DNA of 64,000 nt from an uncultured delta proteobacterium (GTDB lineage: Bacteria; Desulfobacterota; Binatia; UBA9968). The stretch spans positions 470,441-534,440 of the forward strand of contig CAVUZH010000018.1 of NCBI GenBank assembly GCA_963745835.1. The letters are read 5' to 3'. Of this stretch, positions 62,993-64,000 are shown one piece after another. The notes below the pieces were generated by a model. It did not search any database. It had not been told where the DNA came from and saw nothing but the letters and a program-made list of their open reading frames with translations. The translations under genes and the position numbers were made by a program. Within the stretch, counting starts at the first letter, position 1; every line of letters starts with the position of its first letter.

Positions 62993-63835
62993 CTGTTCAT
63001 CGAGTTCCTTGAGAACTCTCCCATCGTCGGTTCTCCATTCAATCAGTCCATTAGCGCTGCCGCCTTCAATCACTGCTGCCGCTGCGCTAGGACTAGAAAA
63101 CTCTGTGTCCTTGGTAAACTGGTAGAAGCCGTCGTTTTTGATGAGCGTGCCGTTGTCAATCAGCTGATTGCGGAGCGTAAGCACGTAAGGATATTTCTTG
63201 GCAGACTCGCGCTCCTGCAAGACAGCCGTAGAGCCCCGAAAGACCACAAACCCGTCGGGTGTTCGACGGCCGCGAGCCTCCGCGCCCTTCATACGGCAGA
63301 AAAGGATTCCGCCAGATTGCTGCTTGGCGGCTGGTTGTGCGACAGGGATCAAAAGGTCGGAGCCTAGCACCGGTAAAAGCTGGCGAATGTGTGAAAGAAA
63401 CACTTCCATATCTTCCCGATCCGATTCCGGCAGCTTAGACCCGCTAGCTTGGTTCTGCTCAAGCGTGCATCTGCCGACTTGTGCAGCTTCCGTGAGAAGT
63501 CTGTTCTCAAGATATCTCACGTGAGCCTTGGTGAGATTCTCGTCCTTGCTGACAAACACGATAGCCAAAATCCAAAACTCCTTCGTTTTATGTTGCTTGA
63601 GCCGCTCCCGAATAACCTCTGCCTCGCCGATGTACGCGAGCGGAGAACCGGACAGAAGATCACTGCCGGACAGAATGTAAACACCGGCCTTATCGAGCTC
63701 CTCGCGCTGTAGCAGTTCGTCCAGCTCTGTTCGGGGCGCTGCGATCGCCTTGCCAGTCCAATTGGAGATTTCGGCCGTTCGAAGACTCTTCGCGTCTCCC
63801 CGAGGCAAGAAAAGTTTGATTGTTGCCGTTGTCAT
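62987..63835 (-). CDS. GIY-YIG nuclease-like + DUF4357 protein (cassette)
   Basis: GVYIL..AYIGEAE..RLKQH, YLENRL, FSSPSAAAAVIEG..NGLIEW. Confidence 0.88.
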   Translation of the reverse strand: MTTATIKLFLPRGDAKSLRTAEISNWTGKAIAAPRTELDELLQREELDKAGVYILSGSDLLSGSPLAYIGEAEVIRERLKQHKTKEFWILAIVFVSKDENLTKAHVRYLENRLLTEAAQVGRCTLEQNQASGSKLPESDREDMEVFLSHIRQLLPVLGSDLLIPVAQPAAKQQSGGILFCRMKGAEARGRRTPDGFVVFRGSTAVLQERESAKKYPYVLTLRNQLIDNGTLIKNDGFYQFTKDTEFSSPSAAAAVIEGGSANGLIEWRTDDGRVLKELDEQA

Positions 63836-63841
63836 AGTAGG

Positions 63842-64000
63842 GCCCTAACTGTGAAGCGAGCCGCTTAGGCCGCGGCATTGTTCGCCGCTTTTCCCAAACT
63901 ACTCTACCCGACTTGCAAGGTGACTGGTTGAGCCGTATCTCTCACCTGACTCGAAAGTCCAGCCACGTTTTCCGGCACTCGCCGCCGGCGGGGCGGCCTA
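63842..64000 (-). mobile_element. Second putative attI region (or long attC cut by window edge)
   Basis: Ends GCGGCTCGCTTCACAGTTAGGGC 6 bp before the ATG; 19/23 identical to 58465-58487. Confidence 0.55.

Overview
A 64-kb, GC-rich bacterial chromosomal segment. It is dense in solute-binding proteins, amidohydrolases and other catabolic enzymes, a complement typical of Candidatus Binatota-like soil/sediment genomes (inference). No rRNA, tRNA or CRISPR array is visible. Main elements: (1) an integron region at 57.2-64 kb, all on the minus strand, with five attC-like sites, two related attI-like sites and a decayed intI 3' end co-oriented with and upstream of its cassettes ('inverted integrase' layout); the cassettes encode a TRADD-N-associated-TM-like, a HEPN-like, a GIY-YIG/DUF4357, a DUF4440 and possibly a TPR protein; (2) four tandem Tat-exported family-5 binding proteins behind one DppBC pair with no ATPase; (3) a complete IS1202-like (ISNCY) element with 15-bp target duplication; (4) an IS5-like MITE nested in a heptamer inverted-repeat element; (5) a structured non-coding segment resembling an orphan IS110 end; (6) a RAYT remnant beside an FRG gene; (7) a pseudogene patch at 11.9-14.7 kb; (8) an unannotated 45-aa Lys-rich protein. 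Several isolated +1 frameshifts may be assembly errors. Family assignments come from motif recognition, not database searches.
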